Shown here: positions 10,493 to 20,200 of the stretch, in pieces
How the letters are laid out: every line of letters begins with the position of its first letter
How positions within the stretch are numbered: position 1 is the stretch's first letter
From: a virus
Virus record (IMG/VR): IMGVR_UViG_3300027851_001140
Span: 1 to 64,000 of that record
Reading direction: 5' to 3' (one strand)
Length of the DNA stretch: 64,000 nucleotides
Translations under genes and position numbers: made by a program
The notes under the pieces: model-generated
Databases searched by the model: none
What the model was told of the DNA's origin: nothing
What the model saw: only the letters and a program-made list of their open reading frames with translations

Positions 10493-10857
10493 CTTGGGTT
10501 CCACCAGTCGGGTTTACCTGGCTTTACATCCTTAGGGTGTGGTCCTTTTCGCCTCTCCTTGTACGGAAGTGCCCCCATAGGAAAGTAAGCTTCTACGTCC
10601 TCATCATCTGCCTCATCTTCAGTAGAAGAGGCGGGAGGCTCTAGCTTACCGTCATTATCAGCGTCTACCACTTCTATTGGAGGCTCATTTTTCCTCTCAT
10701 CCAAAAGAGAATCAGATAGAAGCTTGTCTGTGTCCTTCCTGTCAGGTCTAGCCAGCAGTAGGGACACGTGAGTAAGCCTTTTAAATAGGGACGGGTGTCC
10801 TCTTCTAAGAGACAGTGAGGCAATCTTTGATAGTCTTGCTGATAAATACTGAGTCAT
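10489..10857 (-). CDS. Hypothetical protein
   Basis: ORF with AGGA upstream, coupled to its neighbour. Confidence 0.55.
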   Translation of the reverse strand: MTQYLSARLSKIASLSLRRGHPSLFKRLTHVSLLLARPDRKDTDKLLSDSLLDERKNEPPIEVVDADNDGKLEPPASSTEDEADDEDVEAYFPMGALPYKERRKGPHPKDVKPGKPDWWNPR

Positions 10858-10883
10858 GAGGTCCTAATGCACCAAGTAAGGCA

Positions 10884-11309
10884 TCAGCTCTCCGATGAAG
10901 GTGGAGTAAGGCTGTCCACCCCAGGAAGGTCGATGTCTATTCCCTTGTTCTTAAGGTAACCCTTGAAGAAAGCCCAGACGAACAAGGAAACAACTCCTGC
11001 CCCGGCAAAGTACACTACACCAGAAACTAAGGACCAGGCGGGAGAAGCAGATTCAGGGTTTGTCCACAGAAGACCTAGCACTCCTCCTGACATAATGGGA
11101 TGTAATGGAAGCGTTTCTCTTCCCCACCACCAGAAAGACTGCCTCTCCCAAAACTTATACCAAGGCCCAGTAGATTTTCTGTAGGCCCGTTCCCTAGTAA
11201 AAACACTCTTACTAGTGAACTGTCCTATAACAGCAAAAATGGCTGTTACCATTACAAATGGCCAATGAGGTAAAATGTAGTCACTAAAGATAGAGGCGAG
11301 GTCTTCCAT
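10884..11309 (-). CDS. Multi-TM membrane protein (holin candidate)
   Basis: About three hydrophobic helices and a charged C-terminus. Confidence 0.5.
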   Translation of the reverse strand: MEDLASIFSDYILPHWPFVMVTAIFAVIGQFTSKSVFTRERAYRKSTGPWYKFWERQSFWWWGRETLPLHPIMSGGVLGLLWTNPESASPAWSLVSGVVYFAGAGVVSLFVWAFFKGYLKNKGIDIDLPGVDSLTPPSSES

Positions 11310-11310
11310 G

Positions 11311-11568
11311 TCAAACCGTCCAGGTAGTTGTTACGTTCCACCTATACTCTCTTTTAGCATTAGACAAAACACTACTGCTGATAAGAGAACAAGTGAAAGT
11401 AGAAGAAGAGGGTGCTCCTACTTCTTCACGTACATAAGAGGACAGCTGATTAAGTAAATATCCGCAGGGGTCGGTCAACGTGTCAAAAGTAGTGTACACC
11501 ACAACTATACTCTGAGAACGAGTCTCTGACTGTACACTGACGGATAATTGACTGCCTCTAAGTGTCAC
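11311..11568 (-). CDS. Hypothetical protein
   Basis: GTGA overlap with the upstream gene. Confidence 0.5.
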   Translation of the reverse strand: MTLRGSQLSVSVQSETRSQSIVVVYTTFDTLTDPCGYLLNQLSSYVREEVGAPSSSTFTCSLISSSVLSNAKREYRWNVTTTWTV

Positions 11569-13115
11569 TCCTGCTCTCCTATAACAATGACTTCCTTGAT
11601 GGAGGTCTCTCTTATAAGATCTCGCAGGTCGGCGTTTACCTTTAGTCTAAACTGGAAAAAGTCAGAGGCTGGAACACTGTCTGTTTGACTAAGGATTTGC
11701 CACACTCCTGTTGAAGATGTACGATATTCCACTTGTACCTTTGAGGAAGCTACGGTGCCCTTGACCAAATAACCATGGAGGGACACAGGCACAGTAAATT
11801 CCATAGGAGAAAACAAAACAAGGTTTTCTCCCTCGTAGGAGTTCTCACTAAAACGCACTATTCTGTTATTAGTAGAATCGTGAAATAAAGAGAAATTAAG
11901 TAGCACACCGTCTACAGACAGAATGTCAGAACCTACAGCCTGTACAACTCCTGTAGAGGGAAAGAAATAAGGGGAGTTTCTGTTGCTACTATTTTCGTCA
12001 ATACCGTAATAACCAAAAGTGTATAGATGCTTTAGTGTAACAAGATCAAACACTTCTACACCAGGAGAGTTAGTCAGGTACAACCTTCTCCTGTTTACAT
12101 CTACATGGATTTTACTAGCAGCCGTGACTGCAAATCCATTTCCCCTAAACTCCAGGTAACCCCTCAGGTATCCATTGCTGGAGAGACCAGTTACGGAAAG
12201 AGCGCCAACCTCAAAAGGACGAGACGTGTTCAAGGAGTCGGAAGACAAGATCCACAGAGAAGATATTTCAGGATCGTAATACAGTCCGCTTGGAAGCACT
12301 ACCTGACCCTGATGAAGAGATTGCCCGTTGTTTAGAGCAACGTACTGACCAAAAGTAATAGCGGGAAGAGCCGCCAAGTTAAAAGATGCTACAAAGCCTG
12401 GACCAGTGGCTCCTACCGGAATGCTTACCCCTCCACACGAAACGTAAAGAGTCGAAGTTTCTGGGTCATAAGCCAGATCTGTAGGCGTGTCCAACTCACT
12501 AGCGTCAGGAAGTCCTGCAGACCCCGAGGTACCAAAGCTAACGACGGGAGTAAAGGTCTCAGTATCGTAAATGTGAAGAGTGTGCTGCTGGCTTACTATT
12601 GCTATGTACTCTGTTCCAGATTGAGTAAATACTATGGATGAAACTGGATTTCCATACCCAGTAATAGTATTGTCAAATCCAGGAACTGCTCCTAAAATCT
12701 GACCATACTCATTCAAGTAGAAGACTCCGGCACTAGCATCTGTTACATAGTATCTACGTCCATCCGGAAGAGTCCCGTAGGGAACAGTTGTGACGGTACC
12801 CAAGGCGTCGTCACTTCTCTGCCATATCTTTCTCACGTCTGATATGTTTGCCTCCAAAAACCCTTGAACTACCTTTCCAGCTCCTTTTGGCTCAAAACGT
12901 ATCTCCCTTCTGTTAGAATCTGGAACCAATAGCCCAGAGGAAGAAGATACCTTAGTAGTATCAAGTCGTATGTTATGGTCTGGCGTCAAGGCACTTATGT
13001 GATCGGCCAAGGCCTGTGCATAAGCTGCATTAGACAACACAGAGTTTTGGTTAACAGTTTGTTGGTTAGACACAACAAGCTGAAGAAAAGTCTTGAAATT
13101 TTCGAAGAGAATCAT
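11565..13115 (-). CDS. Virion protein with NHL/beta-propeller-like repeats
   Basis: Blade-like repeats LDTPTDLAYDPETSTLYVS, PSGLYYDP, HDSTNNRIVRF. Confidence 0.55.
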   Translation of the reverse strand: MILFENFKTFLQLVVSNQQTVNQNSVLSNAAYAQALADHISALTPDHNIRLDTTKVSSSSGLLVPDSNRREIRFEPKGAGKVVQGFLEANISDVRKIWQRSDDALGTVTTVPYGTLPDGRRYYVTDASAGVFYLNEYGQILGAVPGFDNTITGYGNPVSSIVFTQSGTEYIAIVSQQHTLHIYDTETFTPVVSFGTSGSAGLPDASELDTPTDLAYDPETSTLYVSCGGVSIPVGATGPGFVASFNLAALPAITFGQYVALNNGQSLHQGQVVLPSGLYYDPEISSLWILSSDSLNTSRPFEVGALSVTGLSSNGYLRGYLEFRGNGFAVTAASKIHVDVNRRRLYLTNSPGVEVFDLVTLKHLYTFGYYGIDENSSNRNSPYFFPSTGVVQAVGSDILSVDGVLLNFSLFHDSTNNRIVRFSENSYEGENLVLFSPMEFTVPVSLHGYLVKGTVASSKVQVEYRTSSTGVWQILSQTDSVPASDFFQFRLKVNADLRDLIRETSIKEVIVIGEQE

Positions 13116-13122
13116 CCTTACC

Positions 13123-13692
13123 TCACAAGGAAATAATAACTCGATAAGAGGTAACGTGATTTAGCGTCTTCACATTCAGTGGCTGGTGCGCAATGGCGAA
13201 GGCGAAAAATGTACCTATTTCGAAAGGAAACGGAGAATCAATAATCTGAGCAAGAAGAGCTATCTCACCTATGCCAGCAGCAAGCTCGTCTCGACCAATC
13301 CTGGCAACAAATGATTTAGAAGTCCCATCGAGAGTAGCAGTCTCTACTAAATCAATGGTATCCCTGTACACTTCCGACACAAGAGATGTCGCAGTGGGGT
13401 CCACAGAAGTGGCAGACAATGGGTTGGCAGGATCGTATCCAGATGTTCCTACGGCATAATGGGTAATTCTTATACTGGTTCCATCGGTGATAGACCTAGC
13501 AAGATATTGACGAGCTATATCTGTAACCGAAGCAACCACAGAGGATACGCCCCCAAATGGAGCAGAACCACTGACAGAAAATCCTATACATCCCGCTTCA
13601 GGAGGCCAGTGAGCAGCAAAAGCTGCATCCAATATAAATCCTCCCCCCACAAAGGGAGACGAGGAAGAAAAGTCTGAGGAGAAACTAGCCAT
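13123..13692 (-). CDS. Tail fibre/baseplate attachment protein (DUF3751/tail-collar-like)
   Basis: VTDIARQYLAR..ITHYAVGTSG..IGEIALLA..FAIAHQP; paralog of 25255..25731. Confidence 0.6.
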   Translation of the reverse strand: MASFSSDFSSSSPFVGGGFILDAAFAAHWPPEAGCIGFSVSGSAPFGGVSSVVASVTDIARQYLARSITDGTSIRITHYAVGTSGYDPANPLSATSVDPTATSLVSEVYRDTIDLVETATLDGTSKSFVARIGRDELAAGIGEIALLAQIIDSPFPFEIGTFFAFAIAHQPLNVKTLNHVTSYRVIISL

Positions 13693-14077
13693 CTAGTACA
13701 TCTCTGGGGTCAAAGTCGTCGTAAACTTTGTAGATAAAGTTGTGAAGGACTCCGCCTATTTCGCAGTTTGGAACATTCTTGCTGTCTAGCAGATAAAGAA
13801 GACAACACCAAAACGTGTCATCATAGCGTGTCTTTCTAGGAAGTAAGTCTAATATCACTTCCTTCATGTATCGTGCTAGAGAGATAGGTGAGTCATCCTG
13901 TGGAGGAGACGCTGCAACTGCATCTGCTATCTTGTTAGCTAGTGACAATTGAGGGTAGGAATTCTGTATGGCCAGATCATATACAGCACGTATTCCAGGG
14001 CCCTGAGATCTGGCTGACGCGTAGAATCTCTGCCTGTTAATAAGCTCCTGCGGGTCAGAAAGTGCATGCTTATACAT
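13685..14077 (-). CDS. Hypothetical protein
   Basis: ATG 14077 in a TAATG overlap. Confidence 0.5.
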   Translation of the reverse strand: MYKHALSDPQELINRQRFYASARSQGPGIRAVYDLAIQNSYPQLSLANKIADAVAASPPQDDSPISLARYMKEVILDLLPRKTRYDDTFWCCLLYLLDSKNVPNCEIGGVLHNFIYKVYDDFDPRDVLDG

Positions 14078-15198
14078 TAGGGCTGAGGCACCTTTCCGTT
14101 CCACACGCAACCAATACCGTTACCCAAAACGTAGGAATTGTTCGAGTTGAGAGGAGTGCGGTTAGCTACAACATCGTTTAGGAGCCTGACTGCAGGTACT
14201 CTTCCCCGAAAGGACTGATTAGGAGACCGTAGAAAAACAATAGCGTCATAGTCATCTGTCTGAGAAGAGCGAGGATTTGTGGCGGCAGGAGCAAGCGACA
14301 GAGAATCAACCCCAGAAGAGAGCAGTGTCTTTTGTGCCATGTATACAGGAGTGAGAACTCCGGAAGAGTTAAGCATCTCTCCTACAACAAAATTGTCTGA
14401 TATGGTGGTGTCTCTAGACAAATTGTCTGTTGGGCCAGGAGAGGTGGTAGACCCAAATATAGCACTGAAATCCAGATCCTTAGGAACCCCTGCTTCAGAA
14501 GGGGAGTGAAAAGGAACTAGGGATCCGAACCACAAGGCGTTTCTATCTGCTAATGCGCCTCCTGGCGGATCCTCGGACCAGATAAAAACGTATCCAACCT
14601 GAGCGTCGGACACACAAAATGTCCTAGAAACCGAAGAAGGTAACCAATGAGAGGAGGATACTGGAAGAAGCCAACTAGTGGTGCCTATGTCCCAGCCACC
14701 AGAAAATCCGAACTCAAACTCTAATGCCGCAGGTGCAGCATTTACTATAATCCTTACCTGCCAGGTGGGTCCTGTGGTGGAAGCGTTTTGAACAACAAAA
14801 AAATCACCGTTGTTTGGAGGAGAGGCGGTGTCAAAAACAGCGTATTCCACGTCTGTAGAGTCTATATTGAGAATAGCTGTGCTGTCTAGATTTACTCGTG
14901 TTGGAGATATGAAAGCGGTTATCTCCGCAATGAAACAATTAGACGGGTTAGAAGAATCCCTGATAGCAAGATGCTTGCCAACAAAGGTGGCGTCAAAAAC
15001 AGGATTGGTGTCGTAGAAAGCCTGTGGAGTGGAACTGTTTATGACCCCAGTAGACCCACTGTAGAATAGAGTGGACCAATTAGGTCCGTTTGCCTCTATC
15101 ACGGGCATTTCGTTGACAAAAGACATCCAATGATACAGTACATGAGCCTGAATCTGATGAGACGCAGTAGGTGTGTTATGAAGGTGCTTAGCAACCAT
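14077..15198 (-). CDS. Virion structural protein (paralog of 19133..20197)
   Basis: Shared motifs FVVQ..PTWQVRIIVNA and LGNGIGCVWNG. Confidence 0.6.
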   Translation of the reverse strand: MVAKHLHNTPTASHQIQAHVLYHWMSFVNEMPVIEANGPNWSTLFYSGSTGVINSSTPQAFYDTNPVFDATFVGKHLAIRDSSNPSNCFIAEITAFISPTRVNLDSTAILNIDSTDVEYAVFDTASPPNNGDFFVVQNASTTGPTWQVRIIVNAAPAALEFEFGFSGGWDIGTTSWLLPVSSSHWLPSSVSRTFCVSDAQVGYVFIWSEDPPGGALADRNALWFGSLVPFHSPSEAGVPKDLDFSAIFGSTTSPGPTDNLSRDTTISDNFVVGEMLNSSGVLTPVYMAQKTLLSSGVDSLSLAPAATNPRSSQTDDYDAIVFLRSPNQSFRGRVPAVRLLNDVVANRTPLNSNNSYVLGNGIGCVWNGKVPQP

Positions 15199-15215
15199 GA
15201 CTGTATTTTACCGAA

Positions 15216-16220
15216 CTATTCTTGAGGTTTTTTAGGTAAATTCTCTAATGATTCTTCGTACTTCAACTTCATCTTCCGCAAAGAATCATTTATTTGCTTT
15301 CTTTGAGAAGAGTTTAGCGCTACAGACTGAATCACTATGGTGTTAAGGGCAAGAACGGCAGCGAGAAGACCCTTGCACGCTACATAAGTACCTGGCTGCA
15401 GATCTTCTCTGGCCCTATTTGCTGCCGTCAACAAAACCTGACCTAATGTGGCAGCTTTGGTGGCAGAAGATTGAATAAGCCCAAACACTCGCTCCGTAGA
15501 AAACTTTAGGACTTCTTGAAGGTCAGAATCGTGCTTCTTTACGGCCGCTCGACAAGCATCTATGGAGTTTTCATGGGTTCCGATGAATTTACGGAACTCC
15601 TCTGGATCTTCTGATTTGGAAGTAGGCTCTGCCCTACTAAGCTGCTTTTGTACGTTCTGATCCGTTTTTCTTTGATGCTGATCTCTTCCCTGCTGTGGTT
15701 TTATTTCTCTCTCAAGGCCAGAAAGGGCTTCGTCAAATTCCGGATCAAAGGTATCGGGGTCAGACTCTTCTTCCTGAGAGGTGTCGTTCGATCCAGCGGC
15801 GTTAGCCTGTCGTATCAAGGCATTGGTGTAAGCCACCAAAGCCTTATAGGCAGTAAGAAATGAAGAAAGAGCAAGTTTAGACAGGGCATTTATCTGATCC
15901 TCAGTCTTCTTTTTCTGAGTCAGAAACGGAACAGTTCTATAGACTGTGCGCCAGAACAGTCTCTTGTAAGCTTTGTCAGCATAATTATTAGGAATTCTCT
16001 CTTTGATTAGAGAATCTAACTGGTCTTTTGCTGACGTAGGTGACACAAGTTCTGCTGCTACGCGTTCATAATATTTAAGGGAACGCTCCAAGCCTTCAGA
16101 TGCGGATTTAAGAGACTTCTGAGTAGCAGGGTCCATACCTCCGGAAAGCGAAACCACCTTACCCAAAGATAAGCTTATGGAATCACTAACCTTTTCTGGT
16201 AAGTTGGAAGATATGGACAT
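15216..16220 (-). CDS. Helical hypothetical protein
   Basis: 334-aa ORF coupled to its neighbour. Confidence 0.6.
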   Translation of the reverse strand: MSISSNLPEKVSDSISLSLGKVVSLSGGMDPATQKSLKSASEGLERSLKYYERVAAELVSPTSAKDQLDSLIKERIPNNYADKAYKRLFWRTVYRTVPFLTQKKKTEDQINALSKLALSSFLTAYKALVAYTNALIRQANAAGSNDTSQEEESDPDTFDPEFDEALSGLEREIKPQQGRDQHQRKTDQNVQKQLSRAEPTSKSEDPEEFRKFIGTHENSIDACRAAVKKHDSDLQEVLKFSTERVFGLIQSSATKAATLGQVLLTAANRAREDLQPGTYVACKGLLAAVLALNTIVIQSVALNSSQRKQINDSLRKMKLKYEESLENLPKKPQE

Positions 16221-16609
16221 TACACTAGTTTCCAGATTTTTACGACAGGAGAGTCAGTTTTAGAGGAGCGAGAAAAGTTAAACTCTCTACACTCTTTTTC
16301 GAATAGGTCTAACGCCAAGGAGAATGCAGCAGACACAGTAGAGTTTTGAGGAGGCTCTGGAATCAAATACTGACCCGTGTCGTCCTCCCTTTCTCTTCTG
16401 GAGTCCTTTCGGGAGGGAAGAACGACTTCTTCCGTGACCGAATGAGAGGACACTGCAGACATTCTCTGACTCTCTCTAGAGATATGACGTACCTTTCTAA
16501 GAGTGTCGTTGATCTGTTTCACTTGTTTTGTAGCAAGTTCCTTGTTCTCAAGCTCCAGATCAATAACGTCAGGCATATCGTATGCAGCCCCAGAATTTCT
16601 ATCCGTCAT
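16220..16609 (-). CDS. Hypothetical protein
   Basis: ATGA overlap with the holin-like gene gives start 16609. Confidence 0.5.
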   Translation of the reverse strand: MTDRNSGAAYDMPDVIDLELENKELATKQVKQINDTLRKVRHISRESQRMSAVSSHSVTEEVVLPSRKDSRREREDDTGQYLIPEPPQNSTVSAAFSLALDLFEKECREFNFSRSSKTDSPVVKIWKLV

Positions 16610-16923
16610 TTTCTGATCCCCCATAGCCTTTCGGCCAATTCGTGTGTCTGTTCTACCGCTGTAACAATGCTATTGCCGAAAGACTGAAAGGTGGCAGATA
16701 CCTCTTTTTCTCTTTCTGTCTGAGCCTTGCGGATGTCATCTAGTGTACGAGAGTGAGATTCCATAAGCTTTTGAATTTGCTCTTCTTTTGACTGAATCTG
16801 CTTCAGATGCTCGGACTGCATTTCTTTTATCTGGTCGTCTTTTTGCTTTACTGTCATCCACAGAACGGCACAGAATATTCCCAACGGACCGTAAGTAAGT
16901 AATGCTGTGAGTATCTCTGCCAT
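16606..16923 (-). CDS. Single-TM coiled-coil protein, BhlA/UviB-like holin candidate
   Basis: LLTYGPLGIFCAVLWMTVK TM helix followed by a coiled coil. Confidence 0.5.
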   Translation of the reverse strand: MAEILTALLTYGPLGIFCAVLWMTVKQKDDQIKEMQSEHLKQIQSKEEQIQKLMESHSRTLDDIRKAQTEREKEVSATFQSFGNSIVTAVEQTHELAERLWGIRK

Positions 16924-16929
16924 GGTGGG

Positions 16930-19128
16930 TCATGAACGTATGGACTTATTAAGAGCGTCGTCTATCGCTAAAAACATATGTCCGTAGGCTTGAATAGTGG
17001 GAGGAAGATTAGGATACTTATTTCGTGCTTTCATGCTCTCCTGAATCATTTTTCTTGCAGCAGACGCAATCCTGTCACTTTGACGTAGCAGTTCTTTTTC
17101 CAAAGAGGCATCGTCTGGGATCCCTTCCTTAAGGAAAGAAGTTAGTTTAGGCATGCTTAGAGACATCAGTCTAACCGCCTGTTCGTAGTCTGATTTAGGT
17201 CTGGTGGCCTTATCCTCTTGGCCTTTCATGACACCAGGAGAAGGAGAGTGGGATAGTCCTTTTGACAAAAGATCCTTTTTTTCTCCGATTGAAGAAAGCT
17301 GGTCTTGTAACTTAGAAATAGTATCACGAAGCTGACGAATGGATGATTCGTCCCCAGAACTAGATAGCCTAGCTTGAAGAGACTTAGCCACCTCTAGGTG
17401 CTGTATCACGTCCCGTTCAGCAGCTATCAACTGTTGAAGAGTGAGCTGTTGCTGCTGAAGCTGTGCCTTGGGGTCTCTTCGAGTCCCTGTGTCCTCTTTA
17501 TCGAACTTCTTCTTATCCAAGAACTCTTCGGCTTTCTCAATCAAAGAGTCTACTCTTTCTCCTAACTCAATTCCTTTGTTATACACAAAAGACATAAGCT
17601 GAAGGCTCTTGTTGGCAGTACCTTTCCCTAACTGAACTGCCTTTTGAACCAATTCCTTGAGTTCTACTGCCTCCCTCACGAATCCTGACTCTACAAAGGT
17701 GTCAGCAAGCCGTTCCGCTTCAGCCAATTTGGAGGCGGCTTCTTTGACGTCAGAAGAAACCACGCCATCCATGGTAGAAGCAAGAAACTCATAGAGAGAC
17801 GGAACGAGAAGAATCGCGGACCTGTGCATTGGATTTCTGCTGTAAGGGTCTGCTAACTTCTTGGATTCTGATGATCTTTTGAGTATTACCTGATTAGTGG
17901 TCCTGATGAAGTTTTCTACCTTAGGGTCCGAAGGTATGTCAGGAGAAAGAAAGGATAAAATGAAATCTCCGTAATTCTTGGATAATTCGTCAACAAACGA
18001 TAGCATCTCGTCTGCTTTAGTTTTGTACCGAAGTGGCTTAGAAGCAATGTCTTTCCCAGGATCCTCTTGCTTTATCTGCTCCTTGGATCTTTCCTTCAAC
18101 AATTCAAAATTGTTTAGTTCCTCAGGATCAGATATAGAATTCTCAAGAGCCTCATCCAATTCACGAAGTCTTTGCTCCGTAGAGATGTCTCTGAGCTTAT
18201 CTTCGAAGTAAAGAATCTTAGCTATAATGGATTTCTGGTCCTTTTCCGCCAGTTCCACTTCTTCTTGCTTTATCTGTATTACTTCTCGCAGCGTGTTGAT
18301 GTCTGCTTTGCTGCTGTTGGTGTCCAGCAACATGTGCATCTCCCTGTGGGATTTAAGAAGAGCATCCATTTTCTTGTCCAAGACCTTCTGAGAATTAAGC
18401 AGGTCTTTTCTGAGTTTGGATATCTCTGCAAGAGTGTCTAACTTATCCTGCATGAGCTGCTGGACCAGCTCGTCGTCCTCTGTTCCAGGGGTGAGAAGAG
18501 CAGCGTCATTTGCTTCTTGAAGCTCATTTATGAGGCCCTCCTCAGTATTTGTAATGGCTACAACAAGCTTCTCTAGAGCAGATATCTCACGGCGTATAAT
18601 CTCTTCAGCCTGTTCTGCTCTCTCGATGTGATCTTGTACCCACTCAGATTTTTGACGAAGTTTTTCCTGTACCGCAGGGTCCTCTTCGGTTTCTCTCTTT
18701 TCTTCAGTTTCTGCAAGGAGGGAATCGAGTTTTTCGACTTGTTTTTCAGCACCCTCCAGACGTTTTCTGGCGACGTCTAGTCTCTTCTTTAGAGCAGATA
18801 AATCTTGGAGAACCTTGTCCTCTACAGCGTCAAACGCCTCTTCCCTACGTTTGGCAGACTCTTCCCGTTGCGCCTTTGTAACACCACCATCTAGTATTTC
18901 CTGCGCTATCTCTGGAGTCATTCTACCTATGTCATCAGCGTCATAACCGAGAGAAGATATCTTCTCTTTCATTTCATCGGATATGATAGACGGGGAACTT
19001 CCCTCCTCTGCCTTTTTGGTGAGAAAAATCCTATCCTTTCGTAGAAAAGCAAGTCGTAATCTCCTCTTTCTCATGGAGGAAGGAGAGGCTGACATGGAAG
19101 CTAGTTCTAAGCGAGAGGATATGGACAT
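16930..19128 (-). CDS. Long coiled-coil protein (possible internal virion protein)
   Basis: 732 aa, E/K/L-rich heptads, no Walker motifs. Confidence 0.6.
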   Translation of the reverse strand: MSISSRLELASMSASPSSMRKRRLRLAFLRKDRIFLTKKAEEGSSPSIISDEMKEKISSLGYDADDIGRMTPEIAQEILDGGVTKAQREESAKRREEAFDAVEDKVLQDLSALKKRLDVARKRLEGAEKQVEKLDSLLAETEEKRETEEDPAVQEKLRQKSEWVQDHIERAEQAEEIIRREISALEKLVVAITNTEEGLINELQEANDAALLTPGTEDDELVQQLMQDKLDTLAEISKLRKDLLNSQKVLDKKMDALLKSHREMHMLLDTNSSKADINTLREVIQIKQEEVELAEKDQKSIIAKILYFEDKLRDISTEQRLRELDEALENSISDPEELNNFELLKERSKEQIKQEDPGKDIASKPLRYKTKADEMLSFVDELSKNYGDFILSFLSPDIPSDPKVENFIRTTNQVILKRSSESKKLADPYSRNPMHRSAILLVPSLYEFLASTMDGVVSSDVKEAASKLAEAERLADTFVESGFVREAVELKELVQKAVQLGKGTANKSLQLMSFVYNKGIELGERVDSLIEKAEEFLDKKKFDKEDTGTRRDPKAQLQQQQLTLQQLIAAERDVIQHLEVAKSLQARLSSSGDESSIRQLRDTISKLQDQLSSIGEKKDLLSKGLSHSPSPGVMKGQEDKATRPKSDYEQAVRLMSLSMPKLTSFLKEGIPDDASLEKELLRQSDRIASAARKMIQESMKARNKYPNLPPTIQAYGHMFLAIDDALNKSIRS

Positions 19129-19132
19129 GGAG

Positions 19133-20197
19133 TTACCTTGATAGGCTTCCGTCCCACTCTACTGCGAGACCGTTGCCAAGACTTAATATAAGTCTTCCAT
19201 TGTCAACAAATGATCTGTAGGGAATCTGGTCAGAAACGTATCTAACTCCCCTTAGATACGCTCTGTCGTCTTCTTCAAATCCAACGGAATCTGTTCCAAT
19301 AGGAATCTTTGCTGAGTCATTCCTAAGGTCAAATTGGTTGGGAGGAAGAGAAGTAAACATGTTGGGCTGCACCGAATCTCCGTAAGTAAGGGCGGAGTAA
19401 ACGACAGCAGTGGATAAGGAGTCATCCAAACACTGGATGTTTGCTAGGGCCCCTAAGGCGGTAAGAGAAGGGTCTCCTGCAAATGAAATGATGCAACGAT
19501 CGTCAGAAGCAGGTCTGCGGGGTTCTGCGCCACCAAAGTAGGCCAGCTGAAATACTGCCGTTCCAGCTGTATTCTGTGTCCACATGCGAACATGAGTATC
19601 ATCAACAAGCACGTACCAACTTTGAGTAGCATCGGCTTGTATCTGTTGTGTGGGAAGAACAGGAAGAGACCAGCCAGCTACCCAGCCAGCCTGAGGACTG
19701 ACTTCAATGTCTATTGTGTCAGTGACAGCAGCATTTACTACCAATCTGGCCTGCCATAGAGGGGCAGAAGACCCAGCGATCCCCTGAAGTACAAAATAAT
19801 TGGTTCCTGCAGCATTTAGCGTAGGATCTACTACCCTAAATTGAACGTTTATGTCATCAACAAAACTAGCCCCATACACTCCCCCTTCAAGTACGACCTC
19901 AGAAGGGGACGTGACACCTATAATCCTGTACACACCGTTGTTGGCAAATTCAGACCCATAAACGGTCAGCCACATTCCTACGTGACCTGGAATAAATGGG
20001 GCCGCCCCACTCCTAAATCTGTTGGGCTGAGAGGTGAGAGTCTCTCCATCAACCCCGGTAACTAATGGGGCCTCAAATATCCCTAAGGGGTTAGACTCTA
20101 CGTCTGCCCACCCCAGTGAATACACAAGGAGTTCCCGCATTAGAAAGTGAACAGTACGAGCGGGTTCGTTAATTCTCTTTAGGATTTTAGTGGGCAT
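19133..20197 (-). CDS. Virion structural protein (paralog of 14077..15198)
   Basis: FVLQ..PLWQARLVVNA and LGNGLAVEWDG. Confidence 0.6.
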   Translation of the reverse strand: MPTKILKRINEPARTVHFLMRELLVYSLGWADVESNPLGIFEAPLVTGVDGETLTSQPNRFRSGAAPFIPGHVGMWLTVYGSEFANNGVYRIIGVTSPSEVVLEGGVYGASFVDDINVQFRVVDPTLNAAGTNYFVLQGIAGSSAPLWQARLVVNAAVTDTIDIEVSPQAGWVAGWSLPVLPTQQIQADATQSWYVLVDDTHVRMWTQNTAGTAVFQLAYFGGAEPRRPASDDRCIISFAGDPSLTALGALANIQCLDDSLSTAVVYSALTYGDSVQPNMFTSLPPNQFDLRNDSAKIPIGTDSVGFEEDDRAYLRGVRYVSDQIPYRSFVDNGRLILSLGNGLAVEWDGSLSR

Positions 20198-20200
20198 CTA

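Noticed and set aside
16930-19128. SbcC/SMC ATPase or tape measure protein
   Set aside because: No Walker or signature motifs and no TMP-like Ala/Gly or aromatic periodicity.
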